A DNA stretch of 64,000 nucleotides from Saccharofermentanales bacterium. GTDB taxonomy: Bacteria > Bacillota > Clostridia > Saccharofermentanales > DTU023. A program made the translations under genes and the position numbers. The notes below the pieces were generated by a model that did not search any database, was not told where the DNA came from, and saw only the letters and a list, made by a program, of their open reading frames with translations. This document shows, piece by piece, positions 32,683 through 41,836 of this stretch. Within the stretch, counting starts at the first letter, position 1, and every line of letters begins with the position of its first letter. The stretch covers positions 464,284 through 528,283 of the forward strand of contig JBMNJZ010000001.1 in assembly GCA_050951925.1 (NCBI GenBank), given 5' to 3'.

Positions 32683-33876
32683 TTAGACGCGGTCGGGATA
32701 TACCTTCAGAGCCTTATCCAGAATCTCAACTGCGCGTTTCAGATCATCCGTTTTCAATACATAGGCAACACGCACTTCATCGACGCCCATACCCGGTGTC
32801 TGGTAGAAGTTTTCGACCGGAGCGACCATAACGGTTTCATTATTGTCGTTGAAATCAGTCAGCATCCATTTGGCGAAGTCTTCCGCATTCTTGACAGGCA
32901 GTTTGGCAATAGCGTAGAAAGCGCCCATCGGCTTCTTGCACAGGACGCCGTCAATAGCGGCCAGACCATCACACAGGACATCACGACGGTTCTGGTAGCG
33001 CTCGCGGATCGGATCAAAGTAGGATGGATCCAGCTGGTAGAGAGCGGTAGAGCCGATCATTTCCAGCGTCGGGGCACACAGTCTGCTCTGGCCGAGCTTC
33101 AGGATCTGCTCCGGCAGCTCCTTATTTTTAGTGGCCAGAGAACCGATACGCGCGCCGCAGGCGGAGAAGCGTTTGGATACGCTGTCAACAATGATCACAC
33201 GGTCAAGAATGTCGGTCATCTCACCAAAGCTGGTAGCTTTCAGTCCCTCATAAGTGAACTCGCGATACACTTCGTCAGCGATGATAAAGAGATCGTGCTC
33301 CTTGGCGATTTTGGCCAGCATTTCCACTTCCTCGCGGGTGTAGACCACGCCGGTGGGGTTGCCCGGATTGGACAGAGCAATGGCACGGGTCTTGTCAGTC
33401 AACTTGGACACGATTTCCGCCTCGGAGGGCAGCGCGAAACCATTCTCGGCATAAGTAGTCAGAGGCTTGATATTGACAGCATAGGGAGCAGCGAAGCTGC
33501 GATAGTTGGTATAGAAGGGCTCAGGAACCAGGATATCTTCATCAACATCCGCAACAGCGATAAAAGCCCACATCAGAGCCTCACTGCCGCCGTTGGTGAT
33601 AATGATGTCTTCGGGTTCATAGGGAAGACCGATTCTCTTATAGTAGTCGGATGTAGCCTTGACCAACTGAGGATCTCCCTTTGAGTTGGCATAAGCCAGG
33701 ACTTTGATCTCGGCATTGCGGATGGCATCCATAAACTCAGGCGGTGTCTCGATATCGGGTTGTCCGACATTAAGTCCATAGACTTTGATGCCGCGTTTTC
33801 TGGCAGCGTCGGCAAAAGGTACCAGACGTCTGATGGGTGATGCCTGCATGGCCATCATTCTGTTTGAAATTTTCAT
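32683..33876 (-). CDS. class I/II PLP-dependent aminotransferase (aspartate aminotransferase-like)
   Basis: MKISNRMMAMQASPIRRL.., NPGNPTG and the PLP-Lys motif SVSKRFSACGARIG are present. Confidence 0.85.
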   Translation of the reverse strand: MKISNRMMAMQASPIRRLVPFADAARKRGIKVYGLNVGQPDIETPPEFMDAIRNAEIKVLAYANSKGDPQLVKATSDYYKRIGLPYEPEDIIITNGGSEALMWAFIAVADVDEDILVPEPFYTNYRSFAAPYAVNIKPLTTYAENGFALPSEAEIVSKLTDKTRAIALSNPGNPTGVVYTREEVEMLAKIAKEHDLFIIADEVYREFTYEGLKATSFGEMTDILDRVIIVDSVSKRFSACGARIGSLATKNKELPEQILKLGQSRLCAPTLEMIGSTALYQLDPSYFDPIRERYQNRRDVLCDGLAAIDGVLCKKPMGAFYAIAKLPVKNAEDFAKWMLTDFNDNNETVMVAPVENFYQTPGMGVDEVRVAYVLKTDDLKRAVEILDKALKVYPDRV

Positions 33877-34075
33877 TGTAACCTCCAGCTAAAATATCGT
33901 TTTTGACTAATTAGATCATAAAAAAATTACCAACTAATAGTATAGCGAATAATCAGACAATATCCAATCTCAATCTCCGGTCGACCCGATCAAGGCGCGA
34001 AGGCAAGATATATTCTCAAGGCAAAACAAGAGGGGAGCACCTTCCATGCTGTCTTGACTAATTTGTCCGACTCTT

Positions 34076-34534
34076 TCAAATGCCGGGAGCAGAATCCTGA
34101 GGTGGATTTTCACTTTTTTCGAAATTGTTTTTTAGTTTATTCTCACGCTCAAATAGTTCAACTTCCAGATAAGCCTCCGCCCGTTCCAAGATCCTGGTCT
34201 TAGCCGTCAAAGACAGATGATCAAATACATCGATCAGCCGGCGTTTCATCTCCAGCTCACCGACTTTGTTGACATTTACACCCTGATGGTAAGGAGAATC
34301 CGTATATATATAGGGCATATGAGGATCCTTGCCGTCTTTAGTTTTAGAATGGGGCGCCAATATCTGATCGAGACTGGCGCCAAAGTAATCGGCTAATTTG
34401 CGCGCTGTTTTGACATCAGGAAAATTACGACCGCTTTCCCATTGACTGACTGAAGTTTGGGTGACGTTCAGCTTTTCCGCAAGCTGAGCCTGTGTAATAT
34501 GATGTTGCTTCCTTAGTTGACGAATATAGCTCAT
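34076..34534 (-). CDS. XRE-family helix-turn-helix (HTH) transcriptional regulator
   Basis: MSYIRQLRKQHHITQAQLAEKLNVTQTSVSQWESGRNFPDVKTARKLADYFGASLDQIL is a Cro/CI-type HTH. Confidence 0.8.
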   Translation of the reverse strand: MSYIRQLRKQHHITQAQLAEKLNVTQTSVSQWESGRNFPDVKTARKLADYFGASLDQILAPHSKTKDGKDPHMPYIYTDSPYHQGVNVNKVGELEMKRRLIDVFDHLSLTAKTRILERAEAYLEVELFERENKLKNNFEKSENPPQDSAPGI

Positions 34535-35591
34535 ATAGTTCTCCCGTTCATTATTGATTTTTACCATTTTTTTAGTATATCACTTTGTAATTAAGCGTTC
34601 AATGAGTTTGGGTTTAGAATCGTAACTAAATTTAGTATCGATAGTAAAAGTCGGCGCAATCAACATTTCATCCATTATTAGTCACAAGACATAACTGCAA
34701 GCAGACATTGACTAATGTTATATTTCTTTTGTCGGATCGGTATAAGCAACAGCTTTTATGCTATATGCATAGGCGGTAAACAAAGATAAGACAACGATAT
34801 TTTAATATCTCTTCATATTGTATACAATGCCGGAATAGTTCGAGAAATACCGGATTATTAATATAATCAAGGGGGGCCTTATTCGGGATCGTATTATCGC
34901 GCCAAGATTGCATTTTGATGCGGGGAAAACCGTGATACATCGCGTAAAAATGCCCGCGAAACAAAACTAAAACCCTGCAGCTAAAATCTCTAAAAACTTG
35001 ACAGCATACTGCCTCTGGGCTATGCTGAATCTAAGTTCCCATAGATATAAATTATAGGGAACTTGCCCATCAGTTGCCGGGTAACCGAGCGAATATGAAC
35101 CTTGACAGACTGCAAGCTGAATGGCGCTTGGCCATATCGTGATCGTAAGCAATAAGTGATCTAAAATTACGCAGCATTCTGCCGGCAATAAAAGATTTGC
35201 TTGGCTTACCACCTCTGTCGTCTCAATCTGCCCTGTTCACGGGAATGACGCAGCAGGCAAAAGATCTGATCTGGGCAAAAGAAGGGAGGAAGTACTGTTT
35301 TGGAAGTACACCTCGACGAAACGGGCAGCTAAAGCTCCGATATTATCTACTTAGTGACAGCATGAATTGGCATCTATATCGGATACTGCCCGTTTCGCAT
35401 GTCATGAGATAAATTACCGCCTATAATCTGTTGCAGATTTGTACCATTTGTATCACTATGCTAGTCCGTATAATTACTGCAGTAATTTTCCCCGATTTTA
35501 GTTAAAATAGACAGGGCTAAGATTTAAATTGTCATTTTGCACAATTAGCTCTCTATTATACTGGCAGGATATAGTGAAAGGTAGTGATGAT

Positions 35592-36725
35592 ATGATTACA
35601 TATCACGGATTGAGGAAGTATTGCTCTAGGTTGATGGCCTTGATCTTGGTTATGGTATTAATGCTGACGGTGGTTGCCTGTAGCAACGGGAAATCTCAGG
35701 GGGATGCTACTGTAAACGATACGGGTACCGGATCTGAGACAGCGGATGAAGGAAGCGAGATTGCCGGGATAGCGCCTTCGACAAATACTGATGCGGAAAC
35801 TGTGACATCCGATGCTCCTGTTGATAAAGTGAAGCTCCGTGTTGGTGTGCTTAAAGGTCCTACCGGCATGGGAGTAGTTCAGATCATGGAACGCCGGGAG
35901 CAGGGTGATACTGAATTGGATTACGAGTTTACAATTGCCGGCGCTCCTGTGGATATGGCCGGTCTGATCACATCCGGCAACCTGGATATTGCGCTGCTGC
36001 CGACTAATATGGCGGCCGCTTTGTACAATAAGACGGAAGGCAAGGTCAAGCTGATCCATATCAATACTCTGGGTGTTATGAGCATTGTCGGGTCAGACAG
36101 CGAGACCTTCGCGGATATTAAGGATCTCAGGGGCAAGACAATTATCGCGGCCGGACAAGGTGCCGCGCCTGAATTTGTGCTCAACTTTATCTTGGAACAA
36201 AATGGCCTGGATCCCAAAGCGGATGTGACGATTGATTTCAAGAGTGAGCATACAGAGGTAGCGTCTTTACTGCTTAGTAAGAAAAATGATCTCGTCCTGC
36301 TGGCTGAGCCATTTACTACTTCCGTACTGATGCAGGATAATACAAATAAGATTGTCTTTGATTTGACTGGGGAATGGGAGAAGGTGGCTGAGAATAATGC
36401 CAAATTGGTGATGGGTGCCGCCGTTGTCAGGACTGAATTCCTGGCTGAGTATCCTGAGGCCGTGGAGATTTTCCTGCGTGATTTTGATGCTTCGCAGCAG
36501 TTTGTCAATGCCGATCCGGAAGCGGCTGCACAGCTGATTGAGAAATTTGATATTTTCAAGGCCGCAGTGGCAGCGAAGGCTATTCCCCGAAGTTATATTG
36601 TTTCGCTGACCGGAGCGGAAATGAAAGGAGATGCCTCGGTATTTCTGAAAGTCCTGTTTGATAACAATCCTAAATCAATCGGGGGGAAACTTCCGGAGGA
36701 GGACTTCTATTATCTGGGTCCATGA
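35592..36725 (+). CDS. ABC transporter substrate-binding lipoprotein (NMT1/SsuA/TauA-like)
   Basis: The ATG at 35592 gives MITYHGLRKYCSRLMALILVMVLMLTVVAC (lipobox). ..KLRVGVLKGPTGMGVVQIM.. and ..IALLPTNMAAALYNK.. are typical of the NitT/TauT-type SBP family as recalled. Confidence 0.65.
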   Translation: MITYHGLRKYCSRLMALILVMVLMLTVVACSNGKSQGDATVNDTGTGSETADEGSEIAGIAPSTNTDAETVTSDAPVDKVKLRVGVLKGPTGMGVVQIMERREQGDTELDYEFTIAGAPVDMAGLITSGNLDIALLPTNMAAALYNKTEGKVKLIHINTLGVMSIVGSDSETFADIKDLRGKTIIAAGQGAAPEFVLNFILEQNGLDPKADVTIDFKSEHTEVASLLLSKKNDLVLLAEPFTTSVLMQDNTNKIVFDLTGEWEKVAENNAKLVMGAAVVRTEFLAEYPEAVEIFLRDFDASQQFVNADPEAAAQLIEKFDIFKAAVAAKAIPRSYIVSLTGAEMKGDASVFLKVLFDNNPKSIGGKLPEEDFYYLGP

Positions 36726-37477
36726 GGTTTAGACGCAGACAACAGAAAATATTTGCCGTTCTGTTCTGGCTGGCCGTGTGGGGGTTATTTGCCCTTCTGG
36801 TAGGTCAGGAATTGCTGGTGCCGCAGCCTTACTTGGTATTGGAGAGGCTGTGGCTTCTGGCTGGCAGGAGCAGTTTCTATTTGAATCTCCTCCATTCTCT
36901 TTACCGCATCTGCTTGGGTTTCTTGTTGGGAACGGTGCTGGGGGCTATCCTGGCTTATCTGACGACTGCCAATCCTTGGGCAGGCGCTATTATTGAGCCT
37001 TTGATGAGTGTAATCCGTTCAACTCCAATCGCTTCTATTATTATTTTGCTCTTGATCTGGCTTTCGCCTACCGGCGTTGTGATCAGTTGTGTGGTCCTGA
37101 TCGTGCTGCCGGTGATGTGGAGCAATTTTGTGGCGGGTATCAATTATCGCGATCCCCAGTTGGAAGAAGTGGCCGATCTGTTTGGCTTCAGCCGTTGGAA
37201 GCGGTGGCGCTATCTCAGGGTGCCGGCTATCCTGCCTTTCTTTTTCGCTGCTGTTCAAACGGGGCTGGGCTTCGCTTGGAAAGCCGGGGTAGCGGCGGAG
37301 GTGTTAAGCATACCGCGCCATGCCATTGGCACTCGACTTTATGATGCCAAGATTTATCTGGAAACGGCCGATCTGTTTGCCTGGACATTCGTTGTCATCC
37401 TTTTGAGTATTGCCTTAGAGAAGTCAATTCTGATGACCGTAAGAAGAGCGGGCAGATATTTGGACAGGGTAAAATAA
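36722..37477 (+). CDS. ABC transporter permease (NitT/TauT-type, BPD_transp_1)
   Basis: The protein is polytopic. It is translationally coupled to the flanking genes (4-nt and 1-nt overlaps). Confidence 0.75.
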   Translation: MRFRRRQQKIFAVLFWLAVWGLFALLVGQELLVPQPYLVLERLWLLAGRSSFYLNLLHSLYRICLGFLLGTVLGAILAYLTTANPWAGAIIEPLMSVIRSTPIASIIILLLIWLSPTGVVISCVVLIVLPVMWSNFVAGINYRDPQLEEVADLFGFSRWKRWRYLRVPAILPFFFAAVQTGLGFAWKAGVAAEVLSIPRHAIGTRLYDAKIYLETADLFAWTFVVILLSIALEKSILMTVRRAGRYLDRVK

Positions 37478-38067
37478 TGGGCATTATTATCCGCAATTTA
37501 TCCAAGGCTTACGGGGACAAGAAAGTGCTGTGCGCACTTAATGCCGAAATGCCGGATACCGGATATGTAGCCATCCTGGGTTCATCCGGTGTCGGGAAAA
37601 CAAGTCTGCTGCGACTGATCGCCGGTCTGGAAGAGCCGGATGAGGGCGAAATTATCTTTACTTATTCCGAAACGCCCAAGATCAGCATGGTCTTCCAGGA
37701 AGACAGGCTATTCCCTCATCTCAGCGCCAGAGAGAATGTGGCTCTGGTTGGAGATGATAGGGCAAATGACCTAAAGCAAGCGGATATTCTGCTGACACAA
37801 TTGGGCTTGGGCGATTGTATCTATCAAAGGGCGGCGGAACTGTCCGGCGGTATGAAGCGCCGGGTGGCTCTGGCTCGCTCACTGCTCTACGGCGGTCAGA
37901 TCTATCTGCTGGACGAATTGTTTACAGGCCTTGACGATCAGACTCTATGCCAGGTGACTAAAACTTTGGATCCTTTGTCCGAAGCGGCCCTGGTTATATT
38001 TGTTTCGCACGATACCCGGCTTCTGACTGACCGGGTTAAGCAAATCATACGGATAGAGCCGGCTTAA
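37477..38067 (+). CDS. ABC transporter ATP-binding protein (short, 196 aa)
   Basis: GSSGVGKTS, LSGGMKRRVALARSL and IYLLDELFTGLD are present. There is no C-terminal regulatory domain. Confidence 0.8.
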   Translation: MGIIIRNLSKAYGDKKVLCALNAEMPDTGYVAILGSSGVGKTSLLRLIAGLEEPDEGEIIFTYSETPKISMVFQEDRLFPHLSARENVALVGDDRANDLKQADILLTQLGLGDCIYQRAAELSGGMKRRVALARSLLYGGQIYLLDELFTGLDDQTLCQVTKTLDPLSEAALVIFVSHDTRLLTDRVKQIIRIEPA

Positions 38068-38134
38068 GAGCGAGGTCAGTCGCTGCAGTGCCGCGATGTA
38101 TCATTTATAATGCCTGCGGAACTAGTCTGGAAAC

Positions 38135-38163
38135 TTGATTTTCCGGCCTCTTTCAGGTATAAT
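38135..38163 (+). promoter_or_regulatory. sigma70/SigA-type promoter upstream of veg
   Basis: TTGATT (38135-38140), a 17-nt spacer, then TATAAT (38158-38163). Confidence 0.6.
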
Positions 38164-38203
38164 TTTTCGCATAGAATAATGATGTTTTAATAAGAATTTT
38201 GGG

Positions 38204-38500
38204 GTGATAATATTGATCGAAAAATCGGACCTGAGGATTTGCCGTACCGGCCTGGAAGAGCGCATCGGGCGCAAAATCTGGCTAAAATCCAAAGGCGGTA
38301 GAAAGCGTACTATTATTCATGAAGGTTATCTGGATACTTGTTCGTCAAATGTTTTTACAGTTCGTTGCCCGGTCTCGCCGGCCTATGATGAATATGTATC
38401 CTTCAGTTATGTAGATGTGCTGACAAAAGTTGTAGAAATCCGTTTCGACCGGGATACGGACTGCGCGGATAGCGCCGCGAAGGCACAAACTGTTTCATAA
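38204..38500 (+). CDS. veg: Veg family protein
   Basis: ..IGRKIWLKSKGGRKRTIIHEGYLDTCSSNVFTV....YVSFSYVDVLTKVVEIRF parallels B. subtilis Veg (..[33 protein letters not shown]....RVSYSYADILTETVELTF). The start codon is uncertain (GTG 38204 or TTG 38213). Confidence 0.8.
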   Translation: MIILIEKSDLRICRTGLEERIGRKIWLKSKGGRKRTIIHEGYLDTCSSNVFTVRCPVSPAYDEYVSFSYVDVLTKVVEIRFDRDTDCADSAAKAQTVS

Positions 38501-38504
38501 CAGG

Positions 38505-39551
38505 ATGGCTTGTGAGCTGGTAACAGTTCGGACTCAGGCGGCCGCGAAAGTAAATCTGTCCCTGGACGTACTTGAGCGTCGGGCGGACGGATATCATAAT
38601 ATCGATAGTATTATGCAGGCGATTTCGCTGGCAGATGGCGTCACTATCAAAGTGGCGCCTTTGTTTCGCAATTGTATGACCGCGGCCGAAAAAGCAGGAG
38701 CTTTCGGGACGGAGGGGGAAATTACTGTCGGAAATGAGGTCACGGGCAGCGCCAAGCCTTGCAGGATTAGTCTGACCAGTAATGTCGCAATTCCTGTGGA
38801 TGAGACGAATACTGCTCTGAGGGCTGCTAAAATCTGGTGTGAAAAAACTGCTGCCTCAGGACTGGATCTGCTAATTGAGCTCAACAAACAAATACCGCTG
38901 GGAGCAGGTTTAGGCGGCGGTAGCACTGATGCGGCATCCGTTCTGCGCTCTCTGAATCTGTTAGCAACCACAGGCATTATTGAAGTCAAACCGTTGTCGG
39001 AACAAGAACTTTTACAAACGGCGGCTCTGATCGGAGCGGATGTTCCGTTCTGTCTGATCGGTGGCACTGCCAGATGCAGGGGTATTGGCGAACAAATTGA
39101 AGCACTTGATACTTTGCCCGCCTGGCCGCTGCTATTGGCGCTGCCGGAAGCTCAAGTCTCAACCGCCGGCGCCTACCGGCAACTGGATCAGTTGCCGCAA
39201 CCGTGGCAAAGACCTAATACCGAACGTGTGATACAGGCGATTGCGGCTCATGATCTGCCGCTTCTGGGGCAAAACGCCCACAATGTATTTGCCAATCTTC
39301 GCACCGGTCTGCACCTTAAGCTGCGCAGACTGGAACAAGCACTGCAGGCCACCGGCGCCGCTATGGTGCAGATGACAGGCTCCGGCCCGGTAATTTTTGC
39401 GGTGTATGAGGACGAAGGACTGCGGGATCTTGCTCTGCGGGAGCTTGCAACCGGAACCTATGACAAGACCGGATTCCTGGCAGCATATTTCACTGGTCCC
39501 CCGTCACCGCCTGATATCGCGTGCTTGTCCGCTACGGATAAGGGACTCTGA
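38505..39551 (+). CDS. ispE: 4-diphosphocytidyl-2-C-methyl-D-erythritol kinase, with insertion and C-terminal extension
   Basis: AAKVNLSLDVLERRADGYHNIDSIMQAISLAD is present, along with the GHMP motif PLGAGLGGGSTDAASV. The protein is 348 aa against the usual ~285. Confidence 0.8.
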   Translation: MACELVTVRTQAAAKVNLSLDVLERRADGYHNIDSIMQAISLADGVTIKVAPLFRNCMTAAEKAGAFGTEGEITVGNEVTGSAKPCRISLTSNVAIPVDETNTALRAAKIWCEKTAASGLDLLIELNKQIPLGAGLGGGSTDAASVLRSLNLLATTGIIEVKPLSEQELLQTAALIGADVPFCLIGGTARCRGIGEQIEALDTLPAWPLLLALPEAQVSTAGAYRQLDQLPQPWQRPNTERVIQAIAAHDLPLLGQNAHNVFANLRTGLHLKLRRLEQALQATGAAMVQMTGSGPVIFAVYEDEGLRDLALRELATGTYDKTGFLAAYFTGPPSPPDIACLSATDKGL

Positions 39552-39614
39552 TTACTAAAACCCGTCCGATTAACAAATCAAGTACCCGATTATTCCCGGC
39601 TACGGACAGACGGT

Positions 39615-40064
39615 CTAAAGTTCATCTGTATCCAGCCAAATTGTAAAGGGCCCCTGATTGACCAGATGGACATCCATCATGGCACCGAATTCGCCTGTTG
39701 CTACCCTGTCCGGCAGACTGGCCCGGGCCAGGGCTACAAATTGCTCATATAGAGATTCGCTTTGATCTGGCGGCGCAGCCTCGTACAAACTAGGCCGGTT
39801 TCCTTTCCTGCAGTTGGCAAAAAGCGTGAACTGAGAGACAATCAGCACCTCTCCCTGTACTTGTTCCAAATCCAGATTGGCTTTGCCGTCTTCATCCTCA
39901 AAGATTCGTAGATTCTCAATCTTATGCCAGAGCTTGGCACAGGCGCGGCTGTCATCATTGCGGCCGACGCCTAGCAGAATCAGATAGCCCTTGCCGATAC
40001 TGCCTGTAATGCGTTTATCTACTTGGACATAGGCGGAAGAGACACGCTGGATCAGTGCTCTCAT
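39615..40064 (-). CDS. dtd: D-aminoacyl-tRNA deacylase
   Basis: MRALIQRVSSAYVQVD..GKGYLILLGVG..VSQFTLFA....GNRPS..A are conserved Dtd motifs. Confidence 0.9.
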   Translation of the reverse strand: MRALIQRVSSAYVQVDKRITGSIGKGYLILLGVGRNDDSRACAKLWHKIENLRIFEDEDGKANLDLEQVQGEVLIVSQFTLFANCRKGNRPSLYEAAPPDQSESLYEQFVALARASLPDRVATGEFGAMMDVHLVNQGPFTIWLDTDEL

Positions 40065-40396
40065 GCCCAGATTACCTCATAACCCTCTTTGACTAAAGGC
40101 AGGATTCCGGCATGCCCGTTCATATCATTGAGCAGCGGCAGTCCGGTCGCTTTATTAAAGTCCAGGACTTCCAACTGGATGGAACAGGCAAAACAGATTC
40201 CGGCCAGCAAACCTTTGTCACGGGCTTGGAGATACAGTTTATTGGCTTCCAGAGCTAAGTCAGACGGCAGTTTGACAGATTCGCCCTCGAATATGATCTT
40301 AACTTCGTGTCCGGCTTCACTTAATTGCAAGGCATTCAACAGCACGTGCATAAAGCACATCTTATTGCCCTGCATAGCGTAAAATAAATATTTTTT
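40061..40396 (-). CDS. small DsrE-like family protein
   Basis: MKKYLFYAMQGNKMCFMHVLLNALQLSEAGHEVKIIFEGES..CFACS..MNGHAG..EGYEVI resembles ~115-aa DsrE-family proteins of Clostridia as recalled. It has a 4-nt overlap with dtd. Confidence 0.45.
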   Translation of the reverse strand, partial: KKYLFYAMQGNKMCFMHVLLNALQLSEAGHEVKIIFEGESVKLPSDLALEANKLYLQARDKGLLAGICFACSIQLEVLDFNKATGLPLLNDMNGHAGILPLVKEGYEVIWA

Positions 40397-40631
40397 CATT
40401 CCTATCACCCCACGATATTTTATTAGCTTTTCCAGCGTTTATCACGACTGTGATTTTGTGACTGGTATGACCCGATCTTATTGTCATTACTCTGCAAGAA
40501 GTGGGATAATATGATAGTCGATGCATATTAGGATGCCCACAGCTTGATCAAAGGCCACAAAACCATTATAAACTATCGTCGCTTGTATTTTGAAAGATTA
40601 AATGTAAATAGGTAAGCTTTGAGTAGTTGCC

Positions 40632-40940
40632 TTGCGAAAGAAGAAGAGAGGGAATACGGAGAAGATGTCTGAAGAAAGAAAAACTGTTCCGCGCCGGGCG
40701 GTCAGGGTCAGCATGTTGCTATATGTTATAGCTACCGCTATCGTTGTACTTAGCTTTTATTCGGCAGAACTCAAATTCTTGATCTGGGTAGGGCTGGCTG
40801 TCTTTTTGGTGGGTTTCTATGTGCGGCTGAAATTCTGTTCCTGTCCTTACTGCCACAGCGCTATGGCATCCAAAATGGCCAGGCTTGACGGCAAAGCTTT
40901 TATCTGTCCGAATTGTGAACAAGAAATCGGACAAAAATGA
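40632..40940 (+). CDS. small membrane protein with C-terminal CxxC..CxxC zinc ribbon
   Basis: There are two predicted TMs, followed by CPYCHS...CPNCEQ. The start is uncertain (TTG 40632 or ATG 40665). Confidence 0.4.
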   Translation: MRKKKRGNTEKMSEERKTVPRRAVRVSMLLYVIATAIVVLSFYSAELKFLIWVGLAVFLVGFYVRLKFCSCPYCHSAMASKMARLDGKAFICPNCEQEIGQK

Positions 40941-41098
40941 TATCTGCCCGCGCAGTGGGTAGCGGCGAATCCGGATGCGGATGCAAGGGATTGCCTGTGG
41001 AAAATCCAAAGCCTGATGCGGCAGCCATGATGCTATTGCCAAAGTCTGCAACACAATTGACGGACGGGATCTGACAGTTAATTAGAAGGTGGTTGATT

Positions 41099-41836
41099 AT
41101 GATTGAAATTATTAGAGTCAAAGATTATGAAACTATGAGTTTGTATGCGGCCCGTCTGGTGGCGGCACAAGTTCGGTTGGTGCCGGATTCTGTACTGGGT
41201 CTGGCTACCGGTTCTACGCCTCTGGGAATGTATCGGGAGCTGGTGCGTCAGCACCGGGAGGAGGGACTGGATTTTTCCCAAGTTACAACGATAAATTTGG
41301 ACGAGTATTGCGGTTTGCCGGGTACGAATGAACAAAGCTACCGCTACTACATGGACAGCAATTTTTTCAGCAAGATCAATATCGATCCGGACTTGACCTT
41401 TATTCCGGATGGCATGACAACAGATATCGATGCCTGCTGTGAAATGTATGATGAACTGATCGACTTTCTGGGCGGAACGGATATTCAGGTTCTGGGAGTA
41501 GGAGAGAACGGACATATTGCTTTTAATGAGCCTCATGGGTACTGTTTTACGGCCAAAACACATAAAGCGGAGCTGACAGAAAACACAATGGAAGTAAATT
41601 CCCGCTTTTTCGATGACCCGGCTGAAATCCCGCGTTATGCGATCTCCATGGGTATGCGCGGTATCATGAGCTCTAAATGCATTCTGATAATGATTTCCGG
41701 AGCACAGAAAGCGGATGCGGTCTATGGCCTTTTGCGTGGTGAAGTTACCCCTCGCTGCCCGGTTTCTATTCTGCAGTTGCACCCGAATGTAAAATTGATA
41801 GTGACGGATGATGCCTTCGGCAAAATAAAAGATTGA
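41099..41836 (+). CDS. nagB: glucosamine-6-phosphate deaminase
   Basis: LGLATGSTPLGMYRELV, INLDEY and LGVGENGHIAFNEP are present. The ATG at 41099 lies 6 nt after GAAGGTGG. Confidence 0.9.
   Translation: MIEIIRVKDYETMSLYAARLVAAQVRLVPDSVLGLATGSTPLGMYRELVRQHREEGLDFSQVTTINLDEYCGLPGTNEQSYRYYMDSNFFSKINIDPDLTFIPDGMTTDIDACCEMYDELIDFLGGTDIQVLGVGENGHIAFNEPHGYCFTAKTHKAELTENTMEVNSRFFDDPAEIPRYAISMGMRGIMSSKCILIMISGAQKADAVYGLLRGEVTPRCPVSILQLHPNVKLIVTDDAFGKIKD

Noticed and set aside
35262-35290. GATCTGATCTGGGCAAAAGAAGGGAGG, superficially like the TPP-riboswitch ACCTGATCTGGATAATGCCAGCGTAGGGA block, upstream of an NMT1/ThiY-like ABC importer.
   Set aside because: The obligatory CTGAGA element and the pairing partners of the thi-box were not found upstream, and the similarity is too short. 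It is kept only as part of the generic structured-leader finding.
34761-35412. Small ORFs in the 1-kb gap (34761-34964 minus, 34967-35212 minus, 35197-35412 plus).
   Set aside because: They have no ribosome-binding sites, odd composition and no recognisable motifs. The region is better explained as non-coding, structured RNA or promoter space.
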